64,000 nt of DNA, from positions 960,001 to 1,024,000 of the forward strand of contig CBDBOV010000004.1 in assembly GCA_965208575.1 (NCBI GenBank). Reading direction: 5' to 3'. The notes under the pieces are model-generated. The model was not told where the DNA came from and made no database searches. It saw only the letters and a program-made list of their open reading frames with translations. The first letter of the stretch is position 1; every line of letters starts with the position of its first letter. A program made the translations under genes and the position numbers. This DNA is from Spirochaetia bacterium. GTDB taxonomy: Bacteria; Spirochaetota; Spirochaetia; SZUA-6; Bin103. Below are positions 51,306 through 59,949 of this stretch, in pieces.

Positions 51306-52556
51306 GTGGCGACACGCGGGTACGAAGCCCGCGCGCCGAGCGACCGGATGCGAGCGGCCGGCCGGCACGGCGCGGAGCCGACCACCGTGGACCTGGTGCT
51401 GTGCGGCGGCGGGCTGCAGAACGCGTTGGTGGCGACCGCCTTGTTCGGCGCACCGGGCATGGCACCCGGGCGCGCGCCGCCGCGCACCGCGCTGCTGGAG
51501 CGGACCACGATCGGCGGCAACCACACCTGGTGCTGCTACGAGAGCGACCTGTCTTCGGCCATGCGCCGCCAGGTGGCGCCGCTGGTCAGCCGGCGCTGGG
51601 AGGGTTACGAGGTGCGCTTCCCCGGCTACCGGCGCCGCCTGGCTACCCCCTACCTGATGATTGCCAGCGAGCACTTGCGCCGCGTGGTACGCGCCCTGCT
51701 GTCGGGCCGCCCGGACGCGCTGGTGCGGGAACACGCACCGGTGGCGCGGCTGGAAGCGAGCCGGGTGCTGCTGGAAGACGGCGGCGAGGTGGCCGGAAAC
51801 ACGGTGATCGACGCACGCGGCGCCCAACGGCACGCCGAACACTGCGGCTACCAGAAGTTCTACGGCGAAGAGGTCACCCTGGAGGCGCCGCACGGCCTGG
51901 ACCGGCCGCTGGTGATGGATGCCACGGTGCCGCAGCGGGACGGGTTCCGCTTCATGTACGTGCTGCCGCTGTCGCCGCGGCGCGCGCTGGTCGAGGACAC
52001 GAGCTTCTCCGATGGACCGGAGCTCGACGTCGAGCAGCGGCGGGCCGGCATCGCCGCGTGGATGGCGCACCACCGCTGGCGGCGGGCCGCCGTCACGCGC
52101 ACCGAGCGCGGCGTGCTGCCGATGCCGTGGCGGATGCCGGCGCCGGTGGCGCAGCCGCTGCCCGGGGTGATCCGCGGCGGCTACGGCGGCGGCTGGTTTC
52201 ACCCCGGCACCGGCTACTCGCTGCCCCAGGCAGCCGAGCTTGCCGCCCTGGTCGCGACTACCGCGATTCCCGACCTGTGCACGGCGGCGACCGCGGCCCG
52301 TCACCGCCTGCAGCGCCGCGCCCGCTTCTGCTGCATGCTCAACCGGCTGCTGTTCCAGGCCTACCCGCCGGAAGCGCGCCGCAACATATTCGAGCGCTTC
52401 TTCCGGCTCCCGGAACCGACCATTCGCCGCTTCTTCAGCATGCAACTGCAGGGCGCGGACAAGGTGCGCCTGCTCGCCGGTCGCCCGCCGCGCGGGCTGT
52501 CGCCGCGGCGCCTGCGCGCGGCGGGGGCCGGCACCGGCGGCGCCGCAACGCCGTGA
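51306..52556 (+). CDS. crtY: Lycopene beta-cyclase (CrtY type)
   Basis: GGGLQN, GGNHTW, WEGYEVRFP, VIDARG, GYQKF.G, MDATVPQRDGFRFMYVLP, LVEDT, ERGVLP, FHPGTGYSLP. Confidence 0.92.
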   Translation: MATRGYEARAPSDRMRAAGRHGAEPTTVDLVLCGGGLQNALVATALFGAPGMAPGRAPPRTALLERTTIGGNHTWCCYESDLSSAMRRQVAPLVSRRWEGYEVRFPGYRRRLATPYLMIASEHLRRVVRALLSGRPDALVREHAPVARLEASRVLLEDGGEVAGNTVIDARGAQRHAEHCGYQKFYGEEVTLEAPHGLDRPLVMDATVPQRDGFRFMYVLPLSPRRALVEDTSFSDGPELDVEQRRAGIAAWMAHHRWRRAAVTRTERGVLPMPWRMPAPVAQPLPGVIRGGYGGGWFHPGTGYSLPQAAELAALVATTAIPDLCTAATAARHRLQRRARFCCMLNRLLFQAYPPEARRNIFERFFRLPEPTIRRFFSMQLQGADKVRLLAGRPPRGLSPRRLRAAGAGTGGAATP

Positions 52557-54073
52557 GCCGGGCCATGGGCCGGAGCGCGCGGGTGGCGGTGATCGGCAGC
52601 GGATTCGGCGGCCTCGCGGCGGCCATCCGCCTGCAGGCGGCGGGGCTGGCGACCACGCTGTTCGAAGCGCGCGAGCAGCCGGGCGGCAGGGCGTACGTGT
52701 GGCGGCACGGGGATTTTACGTTCGACATGGGCCCGACGGTGATCACCGATCCGACGCTGCTGGAGGAGCTGTTCGCCGTGGCCGGCGCCACCCTGAGCGA
52801 CCGGGTAGAGCTGATGGCGGTCGATCCGTTCTACCGCCTGCTGTGGCCGGACGGCGACCGCTTCGACTACTGTGCCGACGGCGGGGAGCTGTCGGCACAG
52901 ATCGCGCGCCGCAATCCCGCCGACCGTGACGGCTACCGCCGCTTCCTGGACTACTCGCGGCGCGTGTTCGCCACCGGTTACGAGGAACTGGCCGCGACCC
53001 CGTTCCTGCGCTTCTGGGACATGGTACGGGTCGCGCCACAACTCGCCGGCCTGCGCGCGGACCGTTCGGTCTATCGCACGGTGGCGCGCTTCATCGGCGA
53101 TGAGCGGATCCGCGAGGCGCTCAGTTTCCACACCCTCCTGGTGGGCGGCAACCCGTTCGAGACCAGCGCCATCTATACCCTCATTCACTATCTCGAACGC
53201 CGCTGGGGCGTGTTCTATCCGCGCGGCGGCGTCGGCGTCCTGGTGCGCGCCCTGGCGCGCCTGTTCGCCGACCTCGGCGGCCGCCTGCTGCTGGCCAGCC
53301 CCGTCGACAGCGTCGCGCTCGAGGGCGCCCGGAATCGCTCCATCCACTACCTCTCCTACACGCGCGCGGGCTCCCGGCACCGCGAGCCGTTCGACGCCGT
53401 GGTGTCCAACGCCGACGTGCACCACACCTACGCGGCGCTCTACCGCGACACCGCCGGCGCCGGGCGGCGGCGGCGCCGGCTGGAACGGGCGGTTTGGTCG
53501 ATGTCGCTGTTCGTGCTCTACTTCGGCACCGACCGCGACTATCGCGGCGAGGTGGTGCATCACTCGGTGCTGTTCGGCCCGCGCTACCGGGAGCTGCTGG
53601 CCGACATCTTTCACGGTGCGCGGCTGCCGGAGGACTTCTCGCTCTACCTGCACGCGCCGCACGTCACCGATCCTTCGATGGCGCCGCCGGGGCACGGCAC
53701 GTTCTACGTGCTCGCGCCGGTGCCGCACCTCGGCAACGCCGCCGTGCAGTGGGAGCGGATCGCCGAGCACTATGCCGACCGCATTCTCGCCGCCGTCGAG
53801 CGCGTGCTTCCCGACCTGCGCCGCCACATCGTCGTCCGGCGCTGGATCACGCCGTTCGACTTCCGCCGCCGGCTCAACGCCTACCACGGCAGCGCGTTCT
53901 CGCTGGCGCCGACCCTCACCCAGAGCGCGTGGTTCCGCCCCCCCAACCGCGACCCCCGCATCGAAGGACTGTACCTGGTCGGGGCCGGCACCCATCCGGG
54001 GGCCGGCATTCCGGGCGTGATCAACTCGGCGCGCGCCACCGCGAAACTCGTCCTGGAGGATGTCGCGCCGTGA
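52553..54073 (+). CDS. crtI: Phytoene desaturase
   Basis: GSGFGGLAAAIRLQAAG, GGRAYV, FDMGPTVITDP, SFHTLLVGGNPF, SMSLFVLYFG, QSAWFRP, VGAGTHPGAGIPGV; GTGA overlap. Confidence 0.96.
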   Translation: MSRAMGRSARVAVIGSGFGGLAAAIRLQAAGLATTLFEAREQPGGRAYVWRHGDFTFDMGPTVITDPTLLEELFAVAGATLSDRVELMAVDPFYRLLWPDGDRFDYCADGGELSAQIARRNPADRDGYRRFLDYSRRVFATGYEELAATPFLRFWDMVRVAPQLAGLRADRSVYRTVARFIGDERIREALSFHTLLVGGNPFETSAIYTLIHYLERRWGVFYPRGGVGVLVRALARLFADLGGRLLLASPVDSVALEGARNRSIHYLSYTRAGSRHREPFDAVVSNADVHHTYAALYRDTAGAGRRRRRLERAVWSMSLFVLYFGTDRDYRGEVVHHSVLFGPRYRELLADIFHGARLPEDFSLYLHAPHVTDPSMAPPGHGTFYVLAPVPHLGNAAVQWERIAEHYADRILAAVERVLPDLRRHIVVRRWITPFDFRRRLNAYHGSAFSLAPTLTQSAWFRPPNRDPRIEGLYLVGAGTHPGAGIPGVINSARATAKLVLEDVAP

Positions 54074-55038
54074 ACCGCCGGGACGGGCCGCTGGTGGCGG
54101 CGGAGGTGGCGGCGGAGTGCCGGCGCCGCATCGCGGCCGGCTCCAGGAGTTTCGCGCTTGCCGCGCACCTGCTGCCGCGTGACAGCCGCCATGCGGCGCT
54201 GGTGGTGTACGCCTGGTGCCGGCGGGCGGACGACGCCATCGACGGCGCCCCGCCGGCGCACCGGCCGGCGGCGCTGGCCGCGCTGCACGATGAGTTGGAG
54301 CGAGTCGCCGGCGGTTCCACCATCGGCGACCCGGTCATCGACGCCTTCGGCGCGGTGATGAGCGCCACCGGGATGCCGCGGCACTATCCGCGCGAGATGC
54401 TCGCCGGCATGCGCATGGACCTGGAGCGCACCGCGTACGAGGATCTGCCCGATCTGCTGCGCTACTGCTACCGCGTCGCCGGCACGGTCGGCCTGATGAT
54501 GTCGCACGTCCTCACGCTGCGCGACGATGCCGCACTGCAGGCGGCAGCGCAGTTGGGCGTGGCAATGCAACTCACCAACATCTGCCGCGACGTGCTGGAA
54601 GACTGGCACCTCGGGCGGGTGTACCTGCCGGTAGCCTGGCTGGCGCGGGCCGGGCTCGGCGACTTGCGCGCGCGGCCCGACGCCGCGTTCCCGAGCGCGG
54701 CGCGCGACCGGCTGCGCCCCGTGGTTGCCGACGTGCTCGCACTTGCCGGGCGGTACTATGCCGGCGCCGAGCGAGGCTTCATTGCCCTGCCGTGGCGCGC
54801 GGCGCTGTCGATTCGCGCCGCGCGCGGCATCTACGCGGCAATCGGCGACCGCGTGGCGCGCGCCGGCTGCGACGTCACCGCCGGACGCGCGGTCGTGCCG
54901 CTGGCCGGCAAGCTGGCGGCGGTGTGCGCGGCCGCCGGCGCCGCGGCGGCCGAACTGCCCGCCCGGCTGCGCGCCGCCGGCGGCGCGTTCCACGCTCCCG
55001 AACGGGTGTTCGAGTTCGCCGACCTGGAGCCGGCATGA
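54070..55038 (+). CDS. crtB: Phytoene synthase
   Basis: GSRSFALAA, YAWCRRADDAID, GMRMD, YCYRVAGTVG, QLTNICRDVLED, GRVYLP; GTGA overlap. Confidence 0.95.
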   Translation: MNRRDGPLVAAEVAAECRRRIAAGSRSFALAAHLLPRDSRHAALVVYAWCRRADDAIDGAPPAHRPAALAALHDELERVAGGSTIGDPVIDAFGAVMSATGMPRHYPREMLAGMRMDLERTAYEDLPDLLRYCYRVAGTVGLMMSHVLTLRDDAALQAAAQLGVAMQLTNICRDVLEDWHLGRVYLPVAWLARAGLGDLRARPDAAFPSAARDRLRPVVADVLALAGRYYAGAERGFIALPWRAALSIRAARGIYAAIGDRVARAGCDVTAGRAVVPLAGKLAAVCAAAGAAAAELPARLRAAGGAFHAPERVFEFADLEPA

Positions 55039-57335
55039 AGCTGAGCGGCACCGCGCTGACCGCCGGTTTCAACCGGGTGGCGCACGCCTACGACCTGCTG
55101 GTAACGCTCAATCCCGGCTACCGGCGCCACCTGCGGCTCAGCGCACGGCGCCTCGAACTGGGCCCCGGCGCGCGCATCCTCGACCTGTGCTGCGGCACCG
55201 GCCAGTCGACCCTGGCGCTGCGCGCCGCGTATCCGGACGCCGTGCTGGTCGCCCTGGACGCCGCCGACGAGATGCTGCAGGTGGCGCGCGCCCGGCCTGA
55301 GCTGGCCGGCGTGCAGTTCGTGCACGGCGACGCCATGGAGCCGCGGGCGTACGGTGTGCGCGGCTCGTTCGACGGCATCCTGATGGCATACGGCATCCGC
55401 AACGTCATCGACGCCGACGCCTGCCTGGCGGCGGTGCGCGAGCTGCTCGCCGCGCGCGCCGCGGTCTGCTTCCACGAGTACTCGGTGGCCGGCTCGGCGG
55501 TCAGCCGCACGGTGTGGCGGGCGGTGACCAACGCCATCGTGCGCCCGGCCGCCCGCGTCCTGGCCGGCGATGACCGCCTGTTCGTCCATCTGCGCGACAG
55601 CGTACTGGCATTCGACAGCCGCGCCGCCTTCGAGCGCCGCCTGTACCGCGCCGGATTCGCCGCCGTGCGCACCCTGCCCATGGGCGGCTGGCAGCGCGGC
55701 ATCGTGCACTCGTTCCTGGCCCGCCGCCCCGCGCCCGCCCCACCCGCTCCGGCGGCGCCGGCGCGCAATGGCGGCCACCAGGCTGCCGGTGCCGATACGG
55801 GCGGCCAAGGCAGCGGCGCGGCACCGGCTACGTCGGCGCACCGCCGGAGTTACGCCGCGGGTACCGGCGCGGGCGGCCACGTCACGCCGGCGCCGGCGCG
55901 CACCGCCGTGGTGATCGGCGGCGGCATCGCCGGGGTGGCGGCGGCCACCGTGCTCGCCGAGCGCGGCGTCGCCACCACCGTGCTGGAGCGGGAGCCGGCG
56001 CTCGGCGGGCGCGCGGGCGCGGCGCCTCTGCGCCTCGCCAGCGGCGAGACGGTGCAGATGGAGCGCGGCTTCCACGCCTTCTTCCGCCAGTACTACAACC
56101 TGCGCAACCTGCTGCGGCGCGTCTCGCCCGAGCTCGACATCCTGGCCCCGCTCGACGACTACCCGGTGCTCGGCCCGCACGGGCAGCGCCAGTCGCTGGC
56201 GGACATTCCCCGCACGCCGCCGTGGAACATCGTGACGCTGACCCGGCGCACCCCCGAACTGACCCTGCCCGCGCTGGCGCGCGTCGGGCTGCGCGAGGCG
56301 CTGTCGATGCTGGCATTCGACATCGACCGTACCTACCGGCGCCACGATCACCGCACCGCCGCCGAGTACCTGGACGCGCTGCGCTTCCCGCCGGCCGCCC
56401 GCCGCATGCTGTTCGACGTGTTCGCCCACTCCTTCTTCAACCCGGAGGGCGGCATGTCGGCCGCCGAGCTGTTGATGATGTTCCACTTCTACTTCACCGG
56501 GAGCCGCGAAGGCTTGATCTTCGACGTGGCGCGCGCGCCGTTCTCGACCGCCATCTGGCAGCCGCTGCAGCGCTACCTCGCCAACCTCGGCGCGCGGGTG
56601 GCCACCGGCACGGCCGCACGCGCGGTCCGGCGCGCGCAGGGCGGCTGGGAAGTCGAGACCGGCGGGGCGCAGCGCGCCTCGTTCGCCGCCGAAGCCGTGG
56701 TGCTCGCACTCGACGTGGCCGGGCTGCAGCGGCTGCTGCCGCACACCCCGTTCCGCGACGGCGCGTGGGCGGATTCGCTCGCGAGCCTGGCAACCACGCT
56801 GCCGTTCGCGGTATGGCGGCTGTGGCTGGACACCCCCACCGCGCCGGGGCGGGCGCCGTTTGCCGGCACCGCGGGCGTCCCGCTGCTGGACAACATCTCG
56901 CTGTTCCACCTGTTCGAGGACGAGAGCCGCGCCTGGGCCCGCGCCCACCACGGCTCGGTGGTGGAACTGCACGCGTACGCCGTGCCGGAGACCGCCTCCG
57001 AAGCTGACATCAGGGCCGCCCTGCTGCGCGGGCTGCATCGGCTCTACCCGGAGACGCGTCCGGCGCGCGTGGTCGACGACGCCTTCCTGCTGCGCCGCGA
57101 CTGCCCGGCATTCGGTCCCGGCTCGCACGCCCGCCGTCCCGGCGTGGCCACCCCCCATCCGGGGCTGTACCTGGCCGGAGACTACGTGCGCATCGACCAG
57201 CCCTCGGCGCTCATGGAGCGTGCGGCCGCGACCGGCATCAGCGCCGCCAACGCCATCCTGCGGCGCTGGCACCTGCCGCCCGAGCCGGTAGCGTCGGTGC
57301 GCCGCACCGGCATCCTGCCGAGATTCGCGGCATGA
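55035..57335 (+). CDS. crtU: Fusion: CrtT-like SAM methyltransferase + CrtU-like carotenoid phi-ring synthase (isorenieratene synthase)
   Basis: N-domain AYDLLV.LNPGY..HLR.SA, LDLCCGTG, HEYS, GWQRGIVHSF; Ala/Gly/Pro linker; C-domain GGGIAG..AAT.LAERG, RGFHAFFRQYYNLR, SAAELLMMFH.YF.GS.EGL.FDV, GSVVELHAYA, ALMERAA.TG; no stop between. Confidence 0.85.
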   Translation: MKLSGTALTAGFNRVAHAYDLLVTLNPGYRRHLRLSARRLELGPGARILDLCCGTGQSTLALRAAYPDAVLVALDAADEMLQVARARPELAGVQFVHGDAMEPRAYGVRGSFDGILMAYGIRNVIDADACLAAVRELLAARAAVCFHEYSVAGSAVSRTVWRAVTNAIVRPAARVLAGDDRLFVHLRDSVLAFDSRAAFERRLYRAGFAAVRTLPMGGWQRGIVHSFLARRPAPAPPAPAAPARNGGHQAAGADTGGQGSGAAPATSAHRRSYAAGTGAGGHVTPAPARTAVVIGGGIAGVAAATVLAERGVATTVLEREPALGGRAGAAPLRLASGETVQMERGFHAFFRQYYNLRNLLRRVSPELDILAPLDDYPVLGPHGQRQSLADIPRTPPWNIVTLTRRTPELTLPALARVGLREALSMLAFDIDRTYRRHDHRTAAEYLDALRFPPAARRMLFDVFAHSFFNPEGGMSAAELLMMFHFYFTGSREGLIFDVARAPFSTAIWQPLQRYLANLGARVATGTAARAVRRAQGGWEVETGGAQRASFAAEAVVLALDVAGLQRLLPHTPFRDGAWADSLASLATTLPFAVWRLWLDTPTAPGRAPFAGTAGVPLLDNISLFHLFEDESRAWARAHHGSVVELHAYAVPETASEADIRAALLRGLHRLYPETRPARVVDDAFLLRRDCPAFGPGSHARRPGVATPHPGLYLAGDYVRIDQPSALMERAAATGISAANAILRRWHLPPEPVASVRRTGILPRFAA

Positions 57336-58273
57336 GGGGACGCCTGCTCGGACGCCGGCCCGGCTCCGCGCTGCCGGCCGCCTCCGGTCGCGCCCGGCCC
57401 GACTGGCAGCAGTCCGATCCGGGCTGGATCCGGCGCGCGGTGGAGCGTGCCGGCCGGCTGCCGTCCGGCGGCTGGCACGTGATCGACGCGGTGCGTGCCA
57501 TCGGTGAGGTGCCGTGCCGCTACCGGGTGGCGGACCGCGAGCTGGTAGTGTGGCGCGGGCGGTCGGGGCTGCTGGTGGCGCCCAACGCCTGTCCGCACCT
57601 GGGCGCGTCGCTGGCCGAAGGGCACCTGCGCGACGGCTGCCTGGTGTGTCCCTGGCACGGCCTGGTGCTGGGCGCGGACGGCCACCGCGGCTGGCGGCCG
57701 CTGCCGAGCCACGACGACGGCGTGCTGCTGTGGGTGCGCATCGCCGCCGGCGGCGAACCGCCCTCCGACCTCCCCTACCGGTGTACCCGCCCGCCTGCCG
57801 GCATCGACGCCGTCATCCGCATGGAAGCGCGCTGTGCGCCGCAGGACATCATCGCCAACCGCTTCGACCCGTGGCACGGCGTGCACTACCACCCGCACTC
57901 GTTCGGCGCTCTTTCCGTGCTGGAACAGAGCGACGACGCCATCACCGTGCGCGTGGTGTACCGCGCCACCCGGCGCATGGGCGTGGAGGTGGATGCGCGG
58001 TTTCACTGCCCGGACCCGCGCACCATCGTGATGACCATCGTCGACGGCGAGGGCGCCGGATCGGTGGTGGAGACGCACGCCACGCCGGTACGGCGGGGCG
58101 TTTGCGCGATCGTGGAGGCGACCGTGGCTACCTCGGAGCGCTTCGGCTTCCGGCTCGCGATGCGCGCCGCCGGCCTTCTGCGGCGCCGGATGCAGGCCTC
58201 CGCACGCCGCCTCTGGGCAGAGGACGCCGCCTACGCGGAACGGCGCTACGCACTGCGCACCGGGTCGCATTGA
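57332..58273 (+). CDS. Rieske [2Fe-2S] protein, CrtV/DUF5914-like
   Basis: CPHLG..CPWHG Rieske motif, DIIANRFDPWHG..YHP, GEGAGSVVETHATP, RLWAED.AYAERRY; ATGA overlap. Confidence 0.85.
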   Translation: MRGRLLGRRPGSALPAASGRARPDWQQSDPGWIRRAVERAGRLPSGGWHVIDAVRAIGEVPCRYRVADRELVVWRGRSGLLVAPNACPHLGASLAEGHLRDGCLVCPWHGLVLGADGHRGWRPLPSHDDGVLLWVRIAAGGEPPSDLPYRCTRPPAGIDAVIRMEARCAPQDIIANRFDPWHGVHYHPHSFGALSVLEQSDDAITVRVVYRATRRMGVEVDARFHCPDPRTIVMTIVDGEGAGSVVETHATPVRRGVCAIVEATVATSERFGFRLAMRAAGLLRRRMQASARRLWAEDAAYAERRYALRTGSH

Positions 58274-58300
58274 CCGGAGCCCGGCACGCGGCGCCCGCCG

Positions 58301-59302
58301 TCAGTGCGTGTGGTAGAGCAGCAGGTGGTCGCGCAGCACGTCCTGGGCGAAGTCGTTCTCCACGTCGCGCCACACCGAGTGCACGTGGTTGGCGGCGTTC
58401 TGGCAGTTGTCGAACTCGACCAGGAAGTTGCCGCCGTGGATCCGGTAGTAGTGCCCCTCGCGGCGGGCAACCGGACCGGCCCACGCCAGCCGCAGGTGGC
58501 CGACGCCGTCGCGGCGCAGGTGCTCGAGCTTGTGCCGCGCAACGTCGCTGCGCACCTGGCCCACGTACGTTTCCACCAGGGCGGTGAGCATCTGCTGCTG
58601 AGCGGCGTCGAGGCGGTCGCCCGGCAGTCCCTCTTCGCGCGGCAGCACGGCGCGCGTGCTGTTGTAGGTGAGGATGTCCCACGGCGCCTTGTCGTAGATC
58701 ACCGCCCGTGAGCGCTGGCTGCGGTCGAGGCTGTCCATCAGTTGCAACGCGAGGTCTTCGCGGCGCGCCAGAATGCGCAGCCCGCGCTTGGGGCCGTGCA
58801 GCACCTCCGCCGGGTTGGAGCCGTAGAAGAACGGCGTGGTGGAAATGACGCGTTCGCCCCAGACGCTGAAGTGCAGCGACAGGTGGTGCCCCTCGGCGCG
58901 CCACCCCCAGGGATCATCGCCGTGCGGATCGCCGAACACGGTGAAGTAGTAGCGGCCCGGGTCGCGCGCCCAGTGCACCTGGCCCGCCGCGCGCTCCTGC
59001 TCGCCCAGGATCAGTTCGTGATCGATAATCGCGCACGCCTGTTCGTAACCCTGCTCCGAAAGCGACGCCTCCAGCACGCGCCTGGCCAGCCGCTGCTGTT
59101 CCTCCGTCATCGCCAGCAGCGGCAGACCGTGCCGGTTCAGCGGCGGGTAGTACCAGAACAGGCGCTCGCCGTCGAGGTAAGGAAACGTGGCGCGGGCGCG
59201 CTGCTCCGCGTCCAGGCTCTCCAGCAGGTCGCCGCACGCCGCCGCCATCTGGCGGGCCGCTTCCGGGTGTCCGTTGGCCTGCATGGCCGCCGGCTCAGCC
59301 AC
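58301..59302 (-). CDS. DUF3500-family protein
   Basis: YYFTVFGDP, WGWRAEGHHLS, TPFFYGSNP, YYRIHG, VEFDN.QN.ANHVHSVWRD..NDF. Confidence 0.88.
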   Translation of the reverse strand: MAEPAAMQANGHPEAARQMAAACGDLLESLDAEQRARATFPYLDGERLFWYYPPLNRHGLPLLAMTEEQQRLARRVLEASLSEQGYEQACAIIDHELILGEQERAAGQVHWARDPGRYYFTVFGDPHGDDPWGWRAEGHHLSLHFSVWGERVISTTPFFYGSNPAEVLHGPKRGLRILARREDLALQLMDSLDRSQRSRAVIYDKAPWDILTYNSTRAVLPREEGLPGDRLDAAQQQMLTALVETYVGQVRSDVARHKLEHLRRDGVGHLRLAWAGPVARREGHYYRIHGGNFLVEFDNCQNAANHVHSVWRDVENDFAQDVLRDHLLLYHTH

Positions 59303-59717
59303 GCGCCGGAGTGTCGTCGTCGCGGCGCCGCCGCGCGATGATCTCCGGGAACTCGTAGTAGATCAGACCGTCGTCGTGCACCTCCATGGTCACCCGCGTG
59401 CTGTCGACGAGCTGCCCGAGAAACGCCTCCGCCTCCTCGATGCTGAAGTCGAGGTCGACCACCAGGTCGGAAACGGTCAGCCGCCCGCCGAGCCGGTAGG
59501 CGAGACGAAACACCCGGTTCACCCGGCGGCCGTCCGCCGCCCGGCCTCCGGTCGCCGGCGCGTCCGGCGCGCGTGCCGGCCACGCAAACCGCTCCCGGCT
59601 CACCGGCCGATGGCGGCGGGCGTCGCGCAAGGCGGAGCGCGCCAGGTTCAGGACGAGAAAGATGAACAGGAACGGCAGAATGCCGACCACCAGTCCGAAT
59701 CCCGCAAACGGCCACAT
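59295..59717 (-). CDS. Hypothetical membrane-anchored protein with C-terminal wHTH-like region
   Basis: N-terminal TM; VFRLAYRLGGRLTVSDLVV..EEAE..L..LV..DGLIYYEFPE; TACACT-N7-ATG. Confidence 0.72.
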   Translation of the reverse strand: MWPFAGFGLVVGILPFLFIFLVLNLARSALRDARRHRPVSRERFAWPARAPDAPATGGRAADGRRVNRVFRLAYRLGGRLTVSDLVVDLDFSIEEAEAFLGQLVDSTRVTMEVHDDGLIYYEFPEIIARRRRDDDTPARG

Positions 59718-59744
59718 GCCGACCAGTGTAGCGCGCCATCACGA

Positions 59745-59935
59745 TACCGGCAATGGACCGCAGCGCCCGCGACGCCCGCGTTCCTGGTGGACACCCTGTT
59801 CCAACGCCAGGTCTCGTCGGTGTCATTGGATCGGGCCGTGAGCACCGAGGCATTGCTGTCGGCATACGACGTAGATTACAGCAGTACCGAGGCGCTGCTG
59901 TTCCAGACCGGCTACCTGACCATCACCGGCGACTG
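59745..59935 (+). pseudogene. Internal fragment of AAA-ATPase-like/PD-(D/E)XK (DUF1703-type) gene
   Basis: ATPAFLVDTLF...LLSAYDVD...EALLFQTGYLTI is characteristic of this family; no start or N-terminal domain. Confidence 0.72.
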
Positions 59936-59949
59936 TTCGCCAGCATCCC

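Noticed and set aside
48817-55038. Apparent long N-terminal extensions or fusions on crtE, crtY, crtI and crtB (also serS 24838, dehydrogenase 3279, hpt 41715)
   Set aside because: Extensions are off-frame reads of the upstream gene; true starts sit at RTGA overlaps or short gaps. Only CrtT/U has two real domains in one frame
11450-55900. Shared DNA repeat between the aminotransferase insertion and the CrtT/U linker (coding palindromic element)
   Set aside because: Only short GC-rich word matches, expected by chance at this composition
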